A DNA stretch of 64,000 nucleotides, taken from NCBI GenBank assembly GCA_965224715.1, contig OZ245054.1:1300334-1364333 (forward strand), read 5' to 3'. Positions 46,677 through 55,820 of this stretch are shown here, piece after piece. Made by a program: the position numbers and the translations under genes. Position 1 is the stretch's first letter. Each line of letters starts with the position of its first letter. The DNA is from Spirochaetota bacterium. Lineage in GTDB: Bacteria > Spirochaetota > UBA12135 > COTS27 > CAXSBA01. The notes below the pieces were generated by a model. The model saw nothing but the letters and a program-made list of their open reading frames with translations. It had not been told where the DNA came from and made no database searches.

Positions 46677-48089
46677 ATGAAAATTAAAACTCATTCTGAC
46701 TGTCTTGCTTTAATTAAGCAAAACAATATCATGTTTGTTGATATCCAGTTTGGAGATCTCTATGGTAGATTACATCATTTTACAATACCAGCTAGTCAAT
46801 TTAGTAAAGAAGTTATTGAGAATGGTATTCCTTTTGATGGCTCCTCTATTCGTTCATGGAAGGGAATAGAAAAGTCAGATATGCTTCTTGTTCCTGATCC
46901 ATCATCTATCTATACTGATCCTTTTAGGGAAGTACCAACCGCTTGTCTTTTTGGAAATGTATTGGATCCTAGAACTAGGCAAAAGTATGATAAGGACCCC
47001 CGATCAGTCCTTGGCAATGCTATTGAGTATATGAAATCATTGGGTATTGGAGATACTTTTTTTTGTGGACCAGAGCCAGAATTCTTTATTTTTGATTCAA
47101 TTCGATATTCCTCTGAAAAAAATATGTCTTTTTATCAAATCGAAAGCAATGAAGGTCCTTGGACTAGTATGGATGAGGGAAGCCTTGGAAATAAGATAGA
47201 GTATAAAGGTGGATATTTTCCTGTTACACCTGCGGATAGTTTGATGGATATTCGGAATGAAATTGCTTCCCATATCGATAATATGGGGATGGTTTGTGAA
47301 GTTCATCATCATGAAGTGGCAACTGCTGGGCAATGTGAGATTGATTTTAAATTCGATAGTGCTATTCAAAGTTGTGACAATATTTATAAGTTGAAATATG
47401 CGGTTAAAAATACTGCTCACAAATATGGTAAGACAGCTACCTTTATGCCAAAACCGATTTTTGAGGATAATGGGAGTGGGATGCATGTCCATGTATCGAT
47501 TTGGAATAATGGGAAAAATACTTTCTATGGTGATGAATATGCTTCACTCAGTAAAAATGCATTATATGCTATTGGTGGAATACTCAAGCATGGGAGATCT
47601 ATTCAAATTTTTACAAATCCGACTTGTAACTCTTATAGACGACTAGTCCCTGGTTATGAAGCACCAGTTCGTTTGGCATATTCTTCTACTAATCGTTCTG
47701 CAACAATCAGAATCCCTTATTCTGAAGGTGAAAATTCAAAACGAATTGAATTTAGATGTCCTGACTCTTCCGGTTCGCCTTATTTAGGAGTTGCGGCTAT
47801 CCTTATGGCTTGTATTGATGGGATTACCAATCAGATTGATCCAGGTGACCCGATGGATAAAAATATTTACGATCTTCCACCTGAGGAGTTGAATAATCTT
47901 GAATCAACCAGTGAAAGTTTAGAACATGCTATTCGTGAATTTGAAAAAGACAATGAGTGGATTAAGAAAGGTGGTGTTTTTACTGATAGCTTAATTTCTT
48001 CTTATATCGAATATAAAATGGAAAATGAAATTGAGCCATTGAAGTTAAGACCCAATCCATATGAATTTAGTCTTTATTATAATTTATGA
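46677..48089 (+). CDS. glnA: Glutamine synthetase, type I
   Basis: The 470-aa protein has an FVD.QF.D..G-type N-terminus and the blocks FDGSSI and GSGMHVHVS (Mn/ATP site). The NSYRRLVPGYEAP and RIE.R.PD..GSPYL blocks are also present. Confidence 0.9.
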   Translation: MKIKTHSDCLALIKQNNIMFVDIQFGDLYGRLHHFTIPASQFSKEVIENGIPFDGSSIRSWKGIEKSDMLLVPDPSSIYTDPFREVPTACLFGNVLDPRTRQKYDKDPRSVLGNAIEYMKSLGIGDTFFCGPEPEFFIFDSIRYSSEKNMSFYQIESNEGPWTSMDEGSLGNKIEYKGGYFPVTPADSLMDIRNEIASHIDNMGMVCEVHHHEVATAGQCEIDFKFDSAIQSCDNIYKLKYAVKNTAHKYGKTATFMPKPIFEDNGSGMHVHVSIWNNGKNTFYGDEYASLSKNALYAIGGILKHGRSIQIFTNPTCNSYRRLVPGYEAPVRLAYSSTNRSATIRIPYSEGENSKRIEFRCPDSSGSPYLGVAAILMACIDGITNQIDPGDPMDKNIYDLPPEELNNLESTSESLEHAIREFEKDNEWIKKGGVFTDSLISSYIEYKMENEIEPLKLRPNPYEFSLYYNL

Positions 48090-48113
48090 AGATTTGTTGA
48101 ACCCGTTCCACAG

Positions 48114-48148
48114 CCTCCCGCATAACTCCTTTAGCGGGAGGTTTTTTT
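48114..48148 (+). terminator. Rho-independent terminator of glnA
   Basis: The stem is CCTCCCGC/GCGGGAGG (8 bp) with a 12-nt loop, followed by T7. Confidence 0.8.
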
Positions 48149-48282
48149 ATAATTTCTCTTAAATTTTTTTTGACCTAATCTATCCGTGGGCTAAAGCCAG
48201 ATAAACTGTACTGGCAACTAATCTCTGATAAATTTTAGGAATTTATAAAGTTGGAAATGAAAAACTAAAATTTGAGATTGTA

Positions 48283-49965
48283 CTATTTTTCGTAAATTAA
48301 TTTCTCAGTAAGTTTTAGATTTTCAGCTGAAGCCTCTTTTCCCATCATCCGAGTAAACTCAGTAAGGAGTTCTTTCTTATCCAATAAGTTTATTTTTGTC
48401 TGAGACTTGCCGGTTGTATTTGTTATTTTTTCGATACGAAAATGACGGTTAGCAAATTTAGCGATTTGAGGAAGATGAGTGACAACGATAACTTGTTTAG
48501 TATTACTGATTTCTTTGATCTTTTTTCCGATTTTTACTGCAGCTATTCCCCCTACACCAGTATCGATTTCATCAAAGATGATTGTTTCATTAGGAAGAGA
48601 TTGATTGAGGAGATGTTTGATAGCCAACATAATTCGAGATAATTCCCCTCCAGATGCGATCTTCTTTAGAGGTTTGGCATCTATTCCTTTGCCAGGCGAA
48701 TAAAGGAATTCCAATTTATTGAGTCCTCTATCATTAAAATACTCTATCCAAGAGTCATGAGATATACTGTCTTTTAATTCAGGGGTTAATGCTACAAGAA
48801 AATTGGCATTTTTAATTTCGAGATCTTTAATTTCTTTATTGATGCTATCTTCAAAAGACTTGATTCCGTCTTGGCGGATACGATGTAACATTAAAGCGGC
48901 TTCCCAGCATTGTATTTCTACCTGTTTTAGATTGGTGAGTATTTTCTTTTTTTCATATTCAGCATTTTCCAATCGATTTAGTTTAGTTTTGAGTGATTCA
49001 TATTTATTGATTAAGGTAGAGTGATTGGTATTATATTTGCGAAGTAGTTTTTCGGTACCTGATAGTTTTTGATTGAGTTGGTCGATTTCATAGAGATAGT
49101 TGTGATTGTATTGATAATCATAATTTTGAAGTATAGTCTCGCCAAGTTCCTGGATTTGATCGATAAGAGATAAAAGTTCTTTTGATTTTATTTTAAGAGT
49201 TTCTGATAATGAAAGTTTTAGTAGGGTTGAAGAAGCTTTTTCCATACCGGCAACTGTTTTATCAATCGATTCCTTGAATTCAGTAAGAGTATGATAGTTT
49301 TTTTCAGAGGTTTCGACTTCTTTAAGACGATTTTTGAGTTCACTATATTCTTTTTCATTCAAAAACTTTCCTTCAAATTCCTTCATAGAGTAGAGAATAA
49401 ATTCTTTCTCTTCTTTAAGTTGGGCTTCTTCAATGTCAACTTCATTGAAAAGTTTTCGGAGTTCTTTTAACTGAAAAAAACACTTTTTGTAATGAGTTAA
49501 TTCTTCTTTAAGATTAAGGGTCTGATCAAAAAAGAATAGGTGATAATCACTATTGAAAAGATGTTGGTTTTGGTGTTGAGAATGAATATCTATAAGTTTT
49601 TCAGAAATTTCTTTTAATAGTGAGAGATTAGTAGGTTGCCCATTGATTAAACATCGGCTTTTGCCATCCTTGGAAATCTCGCGCTTGAGTATAATTTCCT
49701 CTTCTTCTCCAATACCCAGATGTGAATATTTTTTCTTAATCATAGTATTTTTGTGGATATCGAAGATGGAGGTAACTTCAATTTTGTTTTTACTAGGACC
49801 AATCAAATTTAAATCAATTTTATTTCCTAGAGTAATGCCTAGGGCATTGAGTAGGATTGATTTTCCAGCTCCAGTTTCACCAGTGATTACATTGAAACTT
49901 GGTGAAAATTTCAAGCTAGCATCATTGATGAAAATGAAATTTTTAATAATCAATTGTTTTAGCAT
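48283..49965 (-). CDS. recN: DNA repair protein RecN
   Basis: I moved the start to the internal ATG at 49965 (MLKQLIIKNFIFI...), the canonical RecN N-terminus. This removes the 90-nt overlap with the upstream gene. Walker A is GETGAGKSILLNAL, the middle is coiled-coil, and the C-terminal blocks are ASGGELSRIMLAIK and IFDEIDTGVGG. Confidence 0.9.
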   Translation of the reverse strand: MLKQLIIKNFIFINDASLKFSPSFNVITGETGAGKSILLNALGITLGNKIDLNLIGPSKNKIEVTSIFDIHKNTMIKKKYSHLGIGEEEEIILKREISKDGKSRCLINGQPTNLSLLKEISEKLIDIHSQHQNQHLFNSDYHLFFFDQTLNLKEELTHYKKCFFQLKELRKLFNEVDIEEAQLKEEKEFILYSMKEFEGKFLNEKEYSELKNRLKEVETSEKNYHTLTEFKESIDKTVAGMEKASSTLLKLSLSETLKIKSKELLSLIDQIQELGETILQNYDYQYNHNYLYEIDQLNQKLSGTEKLLRKYNTNHSTLINKYESLKTKLNRLENAEYEKKKILTNLKQVEIQCWEAALMLHRIRQDGIKSFEDSINKEIKDLEIKNANFLVALTPELKDSISHDSWIEYFNDRGLNKLEFLYSPGKGIDAKPLKKIASGGELSRIMLAIKHLLNQSLPNETIIFDEIDTGVGGIAAVKIGKKIKEISNTKQVIVVTHLPQIAKFANRHFRIEKITNTTGKSQTKINLLDKKELLTEFTRMMGKEASAENLKLTEKLIYEK

Positions 49966-51215
49966 GATTGATTGAGAATTTGCTTCTGTAATTGTGTCGT
50001 ATGATGATGTCCAGAATAATGACCAATTACTCGACCATGGAAGGTACATCCACAGAGATACAAGTCACCGATGATGTCTAGAATTTTGTGCCGGGCAAAT
50101 TCATTGGGATAGAGAAGCTCAGTATTAATAACTTGACCTTTATCGATAAGGATACCAGTTTTTAGGTCAGTCCCTTGTGCAAGTCCGTGATCATATAATT
50201 GCTTTATTTCATCAAGAAAACCAAAAGTTCGGCAGGGAGCAATTTCTTTAATAAATGTTTCCTTAGGATTATTTTTGAAATCAATATCATATTTCTGTTC
50301 TCCAAACTGTTCAGGAAAGTTGAGAGTATAAGATATCGATAACCCATCATAGGGGATAAATTTGATCCAGATATCTGAATTTTCTTGGTCATGAAAGATA
50401 TATTCTTGATTGATTTTTAATATTTTCTTTGGGCTATCTTGTGTTACTAGACCAACTTTATCGATAGTCCGACAAAAAGCGATAGCGGATCCATCAAAAA
50501 TTGGAATTTCTTCGCTAACTTTGATATGAAGATTATCTACTCCATACATATGGAGAACTGAAAGGAGATGTTCTACTACCGTTAAACTGAAATTTTTTTT
50601 TCTAAGAGTAGTTGCATAAAAGTTAGCTTCAACTAGATTATCTATATGAGCTTCTAGTCTTTGTTCAGATGCAATATCTTCAAAAATAATTCCAGTATTA
50701 GCAGGGGCTGGAAGGAGAATAATCCCAGTATTTTTTCCCTTATGTAATCCTTTCCCAGTTAACACAGTACTACTGGCAATAGTTTTTTGTTTCTCATCAA
50801 TTTCATGAATAAATTTTGAAGTGTTTATCTCTGAGAAATGTTTATATTTCTCTTCTTGGTTAAGAAGGATAGCAATCTTTTGAATTAGCTGATCAATTTG
50901 AAAGGGTTTTTCAATAAAATCACTAGCCCCTTTTTTTAGCATTTCAACTGAAGTAGCAATATTTGCATGTCCAGACATGATAATGATAGGGGTGTCAGTA
51001 TTAAGTTCACGGATTTCTTTTAATATTGTAAAACCATCTTTTCCTGGCATCCATATATCAAGTAGAATTAAATCTATTGATTTGCTGAAATATGATTGCC
51101 AGGAATTCTGATCCAAGCAAATATGAATATTAAATTTATCTTTTAAGGCGTTTTTTATAGCCTTACCAATGTTTTCTTCATCATCAATGACAAGTAGGTG
51201 GTGTTTTTGTGACAT
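49959..51215 (-). CDS. lpxC: Response-regulator receiver domain fused to UDP-3-O-acyl-N-acetylglucosamine deacetylase (REC-LpxC)
   Basis: Residues 1-125 form a complete receiver: VIDDEE, the phospho-acceptor context LILLDIWMPGKDG, IIMSGH and IEKPF. Residues ~140-418 form LpxC, with TVVEHLLSVL (Glu-His), EIPIFDGSA and ARHKILDIIGDLYLCG (His...Asp zinc ligands). The YSGHHH block is also present. Confidence 0.85.
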   Translation of the reverse strand: MSQKHHLLVIDDEENIGKAIKNALKDKFNIHICLDQNSWQSYFSKSIDLILLDIWMPGKDGFTILKEIRELNTDTPIIIMSGHANIATSVEMLKKGASDFIEKPFQIDQLIQKIAILLNQEEKYKHFSEINTSKFIHEIDEKQKTIASSTVLTGKGLHKGKNTGIILLPAPANTGIIFEDIASEQRLEAHIDNLVEANFYATTLRKKNFSLTVVEHLLSVLHMYGVDNLHIKVSEEIPIFDGSAIAFCRTIDKVGLVTQDSPKKILKINQEYIFHDQENSDIWIKFIPYDGLSISYTLNFPEQFGEQKYDIDFKNNPKETFIKEIAPCRTFGFLDEIKQLYDHGLAQGTDLKTGILIDKGQVINTELLYPNEFARHKILDIIGDLYLCGCTFHGRVIGHYSGHHHTTQLQKQILNQSC

Positions 51216-51351
51216 TCATGAGTCCTATAAAAGTGAGTCACTTAAAAAAATTAGCAAAGAAAATGAAAGAATAATATCATTCATTCATGATAAAAAAGTT
51301 AATATCAATTTCATTACAAAATTAATTGATTTTGATCAGTAGATAATCAAT

Positions 51352-51597
51352 TTATTTAAGCTTGAATTTCTTTTTGAATTTTTCGACTCTACCCTCAATG
51401 TCTATAATTTTATCATCTCCAGTAAAAAATGGATGTGAGGCACTAGATATCTCCATCTTAAAAAGGGGATACTCCTTTCCATCATCCCATTTAATTGTTT
51501 CATTAGTTTTTACACTAGAAAATTCTTTAAATGAGAAATCACAGGAGATATCTTTAAAAACCACTTCTCTATAAGTAGGATGAATCTTTTTTTTCAT
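51352..51597 (-). CDS. rpmE: 50S ribosomal protein L31 (type B, no CxxC zinc motif)
   Basis: MKKKIHPTYREVVF.D......F...S...T...I.W.DG.EYP...MEISS.SHPFFTG matches L31, and the cysteine pairs are absent. Confidence 0.85.
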   Translation of the reverse strand: MKKKIHPTYREVVFKDISCDFSFKEFSSVKTNETIKWDDGKEYPLFKMEISSASHPFFTGDDKIIDIEGRVEKFKKKFKLK

Positions 51598-51757
51598 TTC
51601 AAAACTTTCCTATCAAAATATAGTATAATTTTAACATAGATTCCTTAAAGATTAATAATATAATCATTTTTAATATTTTAAATAATTGATTATAATATTA
51701 TCCGAGTTAGCATTATTTTTTGACTGAGACTGGAATTTACTGTATTTATCTAATTAT

Positions 51758-52216
51758 GTGAGTAAAGCTATGAATGAAGAAGGTTTAGAAGCGATTTACA
51801 GATGTATTGATAAAACAAATATTAAAGAGATTTATATTAAAACTGGGAAAGGTACGGAAATTAAGATTACCAGAAGTTCTGACTCTGTTCAGAATGTTGC
51901 CCGTAAAAATAATAATTTGACTTTTAAGTCAGATAAATTAGTAGAGGATTCTTCTACATCCAATCAATTTGATATTATTTCTCCAGAAGTTGGTTTTTTT
52001 AATCGGTTTGATCCCAAGACAAAACAACAATATCAGAAACTTCGAGATATAGTAGAAAAGGGAGAAATTGTAGCTACCGTTGTCTCCTTACATACTCATC
52101 ACAATATTGTTGCAGATAAGACGGGTAAGATTATTGAGTTTTTAGTGGAGCAAGACCAACCAGTGGCTTATGGTCAGCCTCTAATTCGTTTAGAAAAAAT
52201 AGATTCGGGGAACTGA
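51758..52216 (+). CDS. Biotin carboxyl carrier protein-like protein lacking the biotinyl-lysine motif
   Basis: It lies immediately upstream of accC with BCCP-like size and layout. The C-terminal biotinyl-domain fold GEIVATVVSLHTHHNIVADKTGKIIEFLVEQDQPVAYGQPLIRLE aligns with E. coli [41 protein letters not shown]. The E-A-M-K-M segment is replaced by V-S-L-H-T. Confidence 0.7.
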   Translation: MSKAMNEEGLEAIYRCIDKTNIKEIYIKTGKGTEIKITRSSDSVQNVARKNNNLTFKSDKLVEDSSTSNQFDIISPEVGFFNRFDPKTKQQYQKLRDIVEKGEIVATVVSLHTHHNIVADKTGKIIEFLVEQDQPVAYGQPLIRLEKIDSGN

Positions 52217-52217
52217 T

Positions 52218-53570
52218 ATGGGTAAGAAAGTTATTAAAAAGATTTTAATAGCAAATCGTGGGGAAATCGCCCTTCGCGTTATTCGAGCGTGTAAGGAGAT
52301 GGGTATTCAAACTGTATCGGTTTACTCTAAAGTTGATGAAAAATCTCTTCATAAAAATTTTGCTGATGAAAGTGTTTGTATTGGAGAGGCTCCATCCATA
52401 TCTTCCTATCTCAATATTCCGCGTATTATCGCTGCTGCTCAGATTACTGGGGCGAATGCTATCTATCCTGGTTATGGATTTTTATCTGAAAATCCTATTT
52501 TTGCAGAGGTCTGTGAGCAAAACAATATTATTTTTATTGGCCCTGATAAAAAAACCATGGAAATGATGGGTGACAAAATTACTGCTAAAGAGACTATGAA
52601 GAAAGCAGGAGTTAATCAACTACCTAGTAGTGGTAATCTATCCAATCGGGAAGAAGCGCTTAAAGAAGCTAAAAGAATTGGTTATCCTGTAATACTTAAA
52701 GCCACTGCAGGAGGTGGAGGTAAGGGAATGAGAATTTGTGAAAATAAGAAGGATATCCTCAAATATTTTGAAGTTACCAAAACCGAAGCGATGGTATCCT
52801 TTGGGAATCCAGATGTTTATATGGAAAAATATTTGAAGGATCCTTATCATGTGGAAATTCAAGTGATAGGGGATTCCCATGGAAACTATATTCATTTAGG
52901 AGAAAGAGATTGTTCCATACAAAGGAATCATCAAAAATTGATTGAAGAGACTCCATCTATTCATGTTGACCAAAAACTTCGTGAGGAGATTTTCTCTGCT
53001 TCTTTACGGGCGGTTAAATTGGTGAATTATGAGGGCACTGGTACCCTTGAGTTTTTAGTCGATAAGAATAATTATTATTTTATGGAAATGAATACTCGCA
53101 TCCAGGTGGAACATACCATTAGTGAGCTTTACACTGGAATCGATATTATTAAAGAACAAATCCGAGTTGCGATGGGAGAAAAGTTATCCTATCAACAAGA
53201 TCAGATTATTTATCGTGGACATGTTATTGAATGTCGTATCAATGCTGAAGATCCTGAAAATGGATTTATTCCTAGCCCCGGTAAGATTAACCGTTATCAT
53301 ATACCACAAGGTTTAGGGGTTAGAGTTGATTCTCACGTCTTTGATGGCTATGAAATACCATCCAATTACGATTCCATGATTGCTAAACTTATTGTTTGGG
53401 GTTTGAATCGTGAAGAAGCGATAAGCCGAATGAAACGTTCTTTGGATGAAATTGTTATCAGTGGGGTTAAAACAACTATCCCTCTGCATTTCCAGATAAT
53501 CACAAGTAATGATTTTAAGACTGGTAAGTTTTCTACAAATTTTTTAAATAAGTTTTCATTTAAAAAATAA
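52218..53570 (+). CDS. accC: Acetyl-CoA carboxylase biotin carboxylase subunit
   Basis: KILIANRGEIALRVIRAC, PGYGFLSEN, the ATP-grasp block GYPVILKATAGGGGKGMR, and EMNTRIQVEHT all match biotin carboxylase. Confidence 0.9.
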   Translation: MGKKVIKKILIANRGEIALRVIRACKEMGIQTVSVYSKVDEKSLHKNFADESVCIGEAPSISSYLNIPRIIAAAQITGANAIYPGYGFLSENPIFAEVCEQNNIIFIGPDKKTMEMMGDKITAKETMKKAGVNQLPSSGNLSNREEALKEAKRIGYPVILKATAGGGGKGMRICENKKDILKYFEVTKTEAMVSFGNPDVYMEKYLKDPYHVEIQVIGDSHGNYIHLGERDCSIQRNHQKLIEETPSIHVDQKLREEIFSASLRAVKLVNYEGTGTLEFLVDKNNYYFMEMNTRIQVEHTISELYTGIDIIKEQIRVAMGEKLSYQQDQIIYRGHVIECRINAEDPENGFIPSPGKINRYHIPQGLGVRVDSHVFDGYEIPSNYDSMIAKLIVWGLNREEAISRMKRSLDEIVISGVKTTIPLHFQIITSNDFKTGKFSTNFLNKFSFKK

Positions 53571-53581
53571 GATCGTTTGAC

Positions 53582-54931
53582 TTGCAATATCCTTCCAATA
53601 ATCAATCCTACTGGCAAAATGAGGAACGTAGTGATCAAATCAGAGTTATTAAGGATTTAAAAAAAGGTAGGTATACATCCGCCCTAAAGACTTTATCCCA
53701 TTATCCCAAGCAAAAGACAATATTAAAAGATGATATTGAGGGTTCAATAGGGGAATACTTTGTTCATATCCATAGTGCTTATGCTTATTTTCTTCTTAAT
53801 CAGCATACCGAAGCAAAAAGATGTTTGGAGAATATTCTTCATCAGCAACCTCTTGATGGTCAGACAAATTTATTTTTAGCTTATATCTACCTACTAGAGG
53901 GCAGTAAGACTGAAGCGATTCATCGTTATACGATCTTATTAGAGAATCCATTTTATCGTTCTAAGTCCAAAGAAATTTTAAATAGTATTCGTCATTCCGA
54001 ATCTATAATCGCATTATTGGGTGAGAGACCCATTAGATTTTTCTATCGACATCAATTTCCTAATTTCATATACGAGGAGTGGAAATTGTTAGGTATTGAA
54101 ATATTGCAAAAGTTAAAAGGATATACATGGAAGTGTTTATTTTTTTGTTTCAGCTTATTTAAATATTTTTATAGATTCAATATCTTAAGCCTTTTTTCTG
54201 TTCCATATAAAAATCGATTAATTACTTTTTTTTTAAAACGTTCGACACAATTGATTCTATTATTAATATTTTTCGGATTATTGTTTTTTTGGAAGCAGGA
54301 AATTATCCATTGGCTTTCAAGTGAAAGCTATTTTGATATTAGAAAAAATGATTCACAAATATTCTCCCAAGTTATTATGGATAAATATGGGAAAGATGCC
54401 ACAAGGTGGTTAGGTATTTATCGAGATATGGAACAGCTAATCAAGCGACGACAATTCAATCAAGCCCTTAAATTATATAATACAATTAATACTAGAGAAG
54501 ATTACCCGATTGAGGTAAAAAATAAATTTTATATATTGTCCACTTTTATTTCTCCACCTCATTTTGATGAATTGGTTCCTATCTTATCTTTTCATGACAT
54601 CAGTCAAAGTGAGCTTGATAATTACAAAAATTCCAATCATCCAATAGGACTCTATTATAAGATTGCATTTCGGGTATTACAGATGAATTCAATTAATTCA
54701 AATAAATTCTTGATTGAATTGTTAAATGATGTACAAAAAACAAAAAATGGAAGTGAAACTCGTAGAGCATTCTCTGCTAATCGAGCTATTCTTATTATCG
54801 AAGATAATGATAGTAGTTTAGAAGTTGGAAATAGTTATGAAGCCATTATCCAACTTGAAATCCAAGAAAAAAAATATTTGGTATTCACTTTGGTGGTAGT
54901 ACGTTCTCCTGTAAGGGTTCCACGTGAATAA
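53582..54931 (+). CDS. Hypothetical membrane protein with N-terminal TPR-like repeats
   Basis: TPR-like helices (AYAYFLLNQHTEAKRCLENIL..., LFLAYIYLLEGSKTEAIHRY) are followed by 2-3 hydrophobic helices. No family was recognised. Confidence 0.35.
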   Translation: MQYPSNNQSYWQNEERSDQIRVIKDLKKGRYTSALKTLSHYPKQKTILKDDIEGSIGEYFVHIHSAYAYFLLNQHTEAKRCLENILHQQPLDGQTNLFLAYIYLLEGSKTEAIHRYTILLENPFYRSKSKEILNSIRHSESIIALLGERPIRFFYRHQFPNFIYEEWKLLGIEILQKLKGYTWKCLFFCFSLFKYFYRFNILSLFSVPYKNRLITFFLKRSTQLILLLIFFGLLFFWKQEIIHWLSSESYFDIRKNDSQIFSQVIMDKYGKDATRWLGIYRDMEQLIKRRQFNQALKLYNTINTREDYPIEVKNKFYILSTFISPPHFDELVPILSFHDISQSELDNYKNSNHPIGLYYKIAFRVLQMNSINSNKFLIELLNDVQKTKNGSETRRAFSANRAILIIEDNDSSLEVGNSYEAIIQLEIQEKKYLVFTLVVVRSPVRVPRE

Positions 54932-55814
54932 AATCAGTATTTTTATTTTCTTCCAAATGGTGGTTGCTATATATTCCCCTGTTTATTCTGCGGTAGGTTT
55001 TTTTAGTCAAACTTTAGATTTTGACTATCAGTTGGTTGAAGAAAATATTTATTACTATGATGGATACCTCAATAATGAATTAGAGAATTCTACTATTAGT
55101 AACGATCACTCAGAATATGGCATGAATTATTTGATAAAATCAAAAACAGGCTTTCATCATAGGTATTTCGCTTTATTGTTTGAATATGTTTTAGCTATTG
55201 AAACAGAGAAACGTTATAATCATATTGATAGCAACCTCGAGACATTGAATAAAAAAATACTAAGTCATCAATTAAATCCTATAGTGTTTTTTCAATGGAA
55301 ACCTTTCCGATTGGGAATGGGGTACCGTTTTGACATTCGCAGTAAACCTATAGCCAACAAACAACGACAAAGTATACGTCCTTATGATGTTCTCTCATTT
55401 TATTTTCATATCCATTTTCCGGAGCTATGGTATCGTTCTCCGATTGGACTAGGTGCCTATTATGAATTATCATTTAATCCAAAATATTCCTTTGGAGAAA
55501 TTCCCAATCATCTTTTCCATAATGCTGCGTTTAGTTTTCATATCAACTTTAACTATTTGAGTCAATTCCAGATTATGTTCACATATCAACGATCGGAGTC
55601 GCAAGTCACATTATATAAGGTTAAAAATGATTCTGATTACTCTGCAATTCCCAGAGATTTTTTAGCCCGTTACTATATTGACTATTCCTTTACCCATCAG
55701 ATTCTTAAAGAAGTAGCTCTTCGAATTGGAATAGGGAATTTAATTTATTCTAGCTTTGAATCTCCTGTTTTGAACTTTAATATTGGAATCACTTATTCTT
55801 TTTTTCGAATTTAA
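54924..55814 (+). CDS. Hypothetical exported protein, possible outer-membrane beta-barrel
   Basis: A signal-like N-terminus is followed by alternating aromatic-rich strands, and the protein ends ...GITYSFFRI. It overlaps the upstream gene by 8 nt. Confidence 0.35.
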   Translation: MNKISIFIFFQMVVAIYSPVYSAVGFFSQTLDFDYQLVEENIYYYDGYLNNELENSTISNDHSEYGMNYLIKSKTGFHHRYFALLFEYVLAIETEKRYNHIDSNLETLNKKILSHQLNPIVFFQWKPFRLGMGYRFDIRSKPIANKQRQSIRPYDVLSFYFHIHFPELWYRSPIGLGAYYELSFNPKYSFGEIPNHLFHNAAFSFHINFNYLSQFQIMFTYQRSESQVTLYKVKNDSDYSAIPRDFLARYYIDYSFTHQILKEVALRIGIGNLIYSSFESPVLNFNIGITYSFFRI

Positions 55815-55820
55815 ATAACT

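Noticed and set aside
49966-50049. N-terminal 28-aa extension of RecN overlapping the REC-LpxC gene
   Set aside because: The canonical RecN N-terminus (MLKQLIIKNFIFI) starts at the internal ATG at 49965. The extension has no homology-like features and would overlap the upstream gene by 90 nt.
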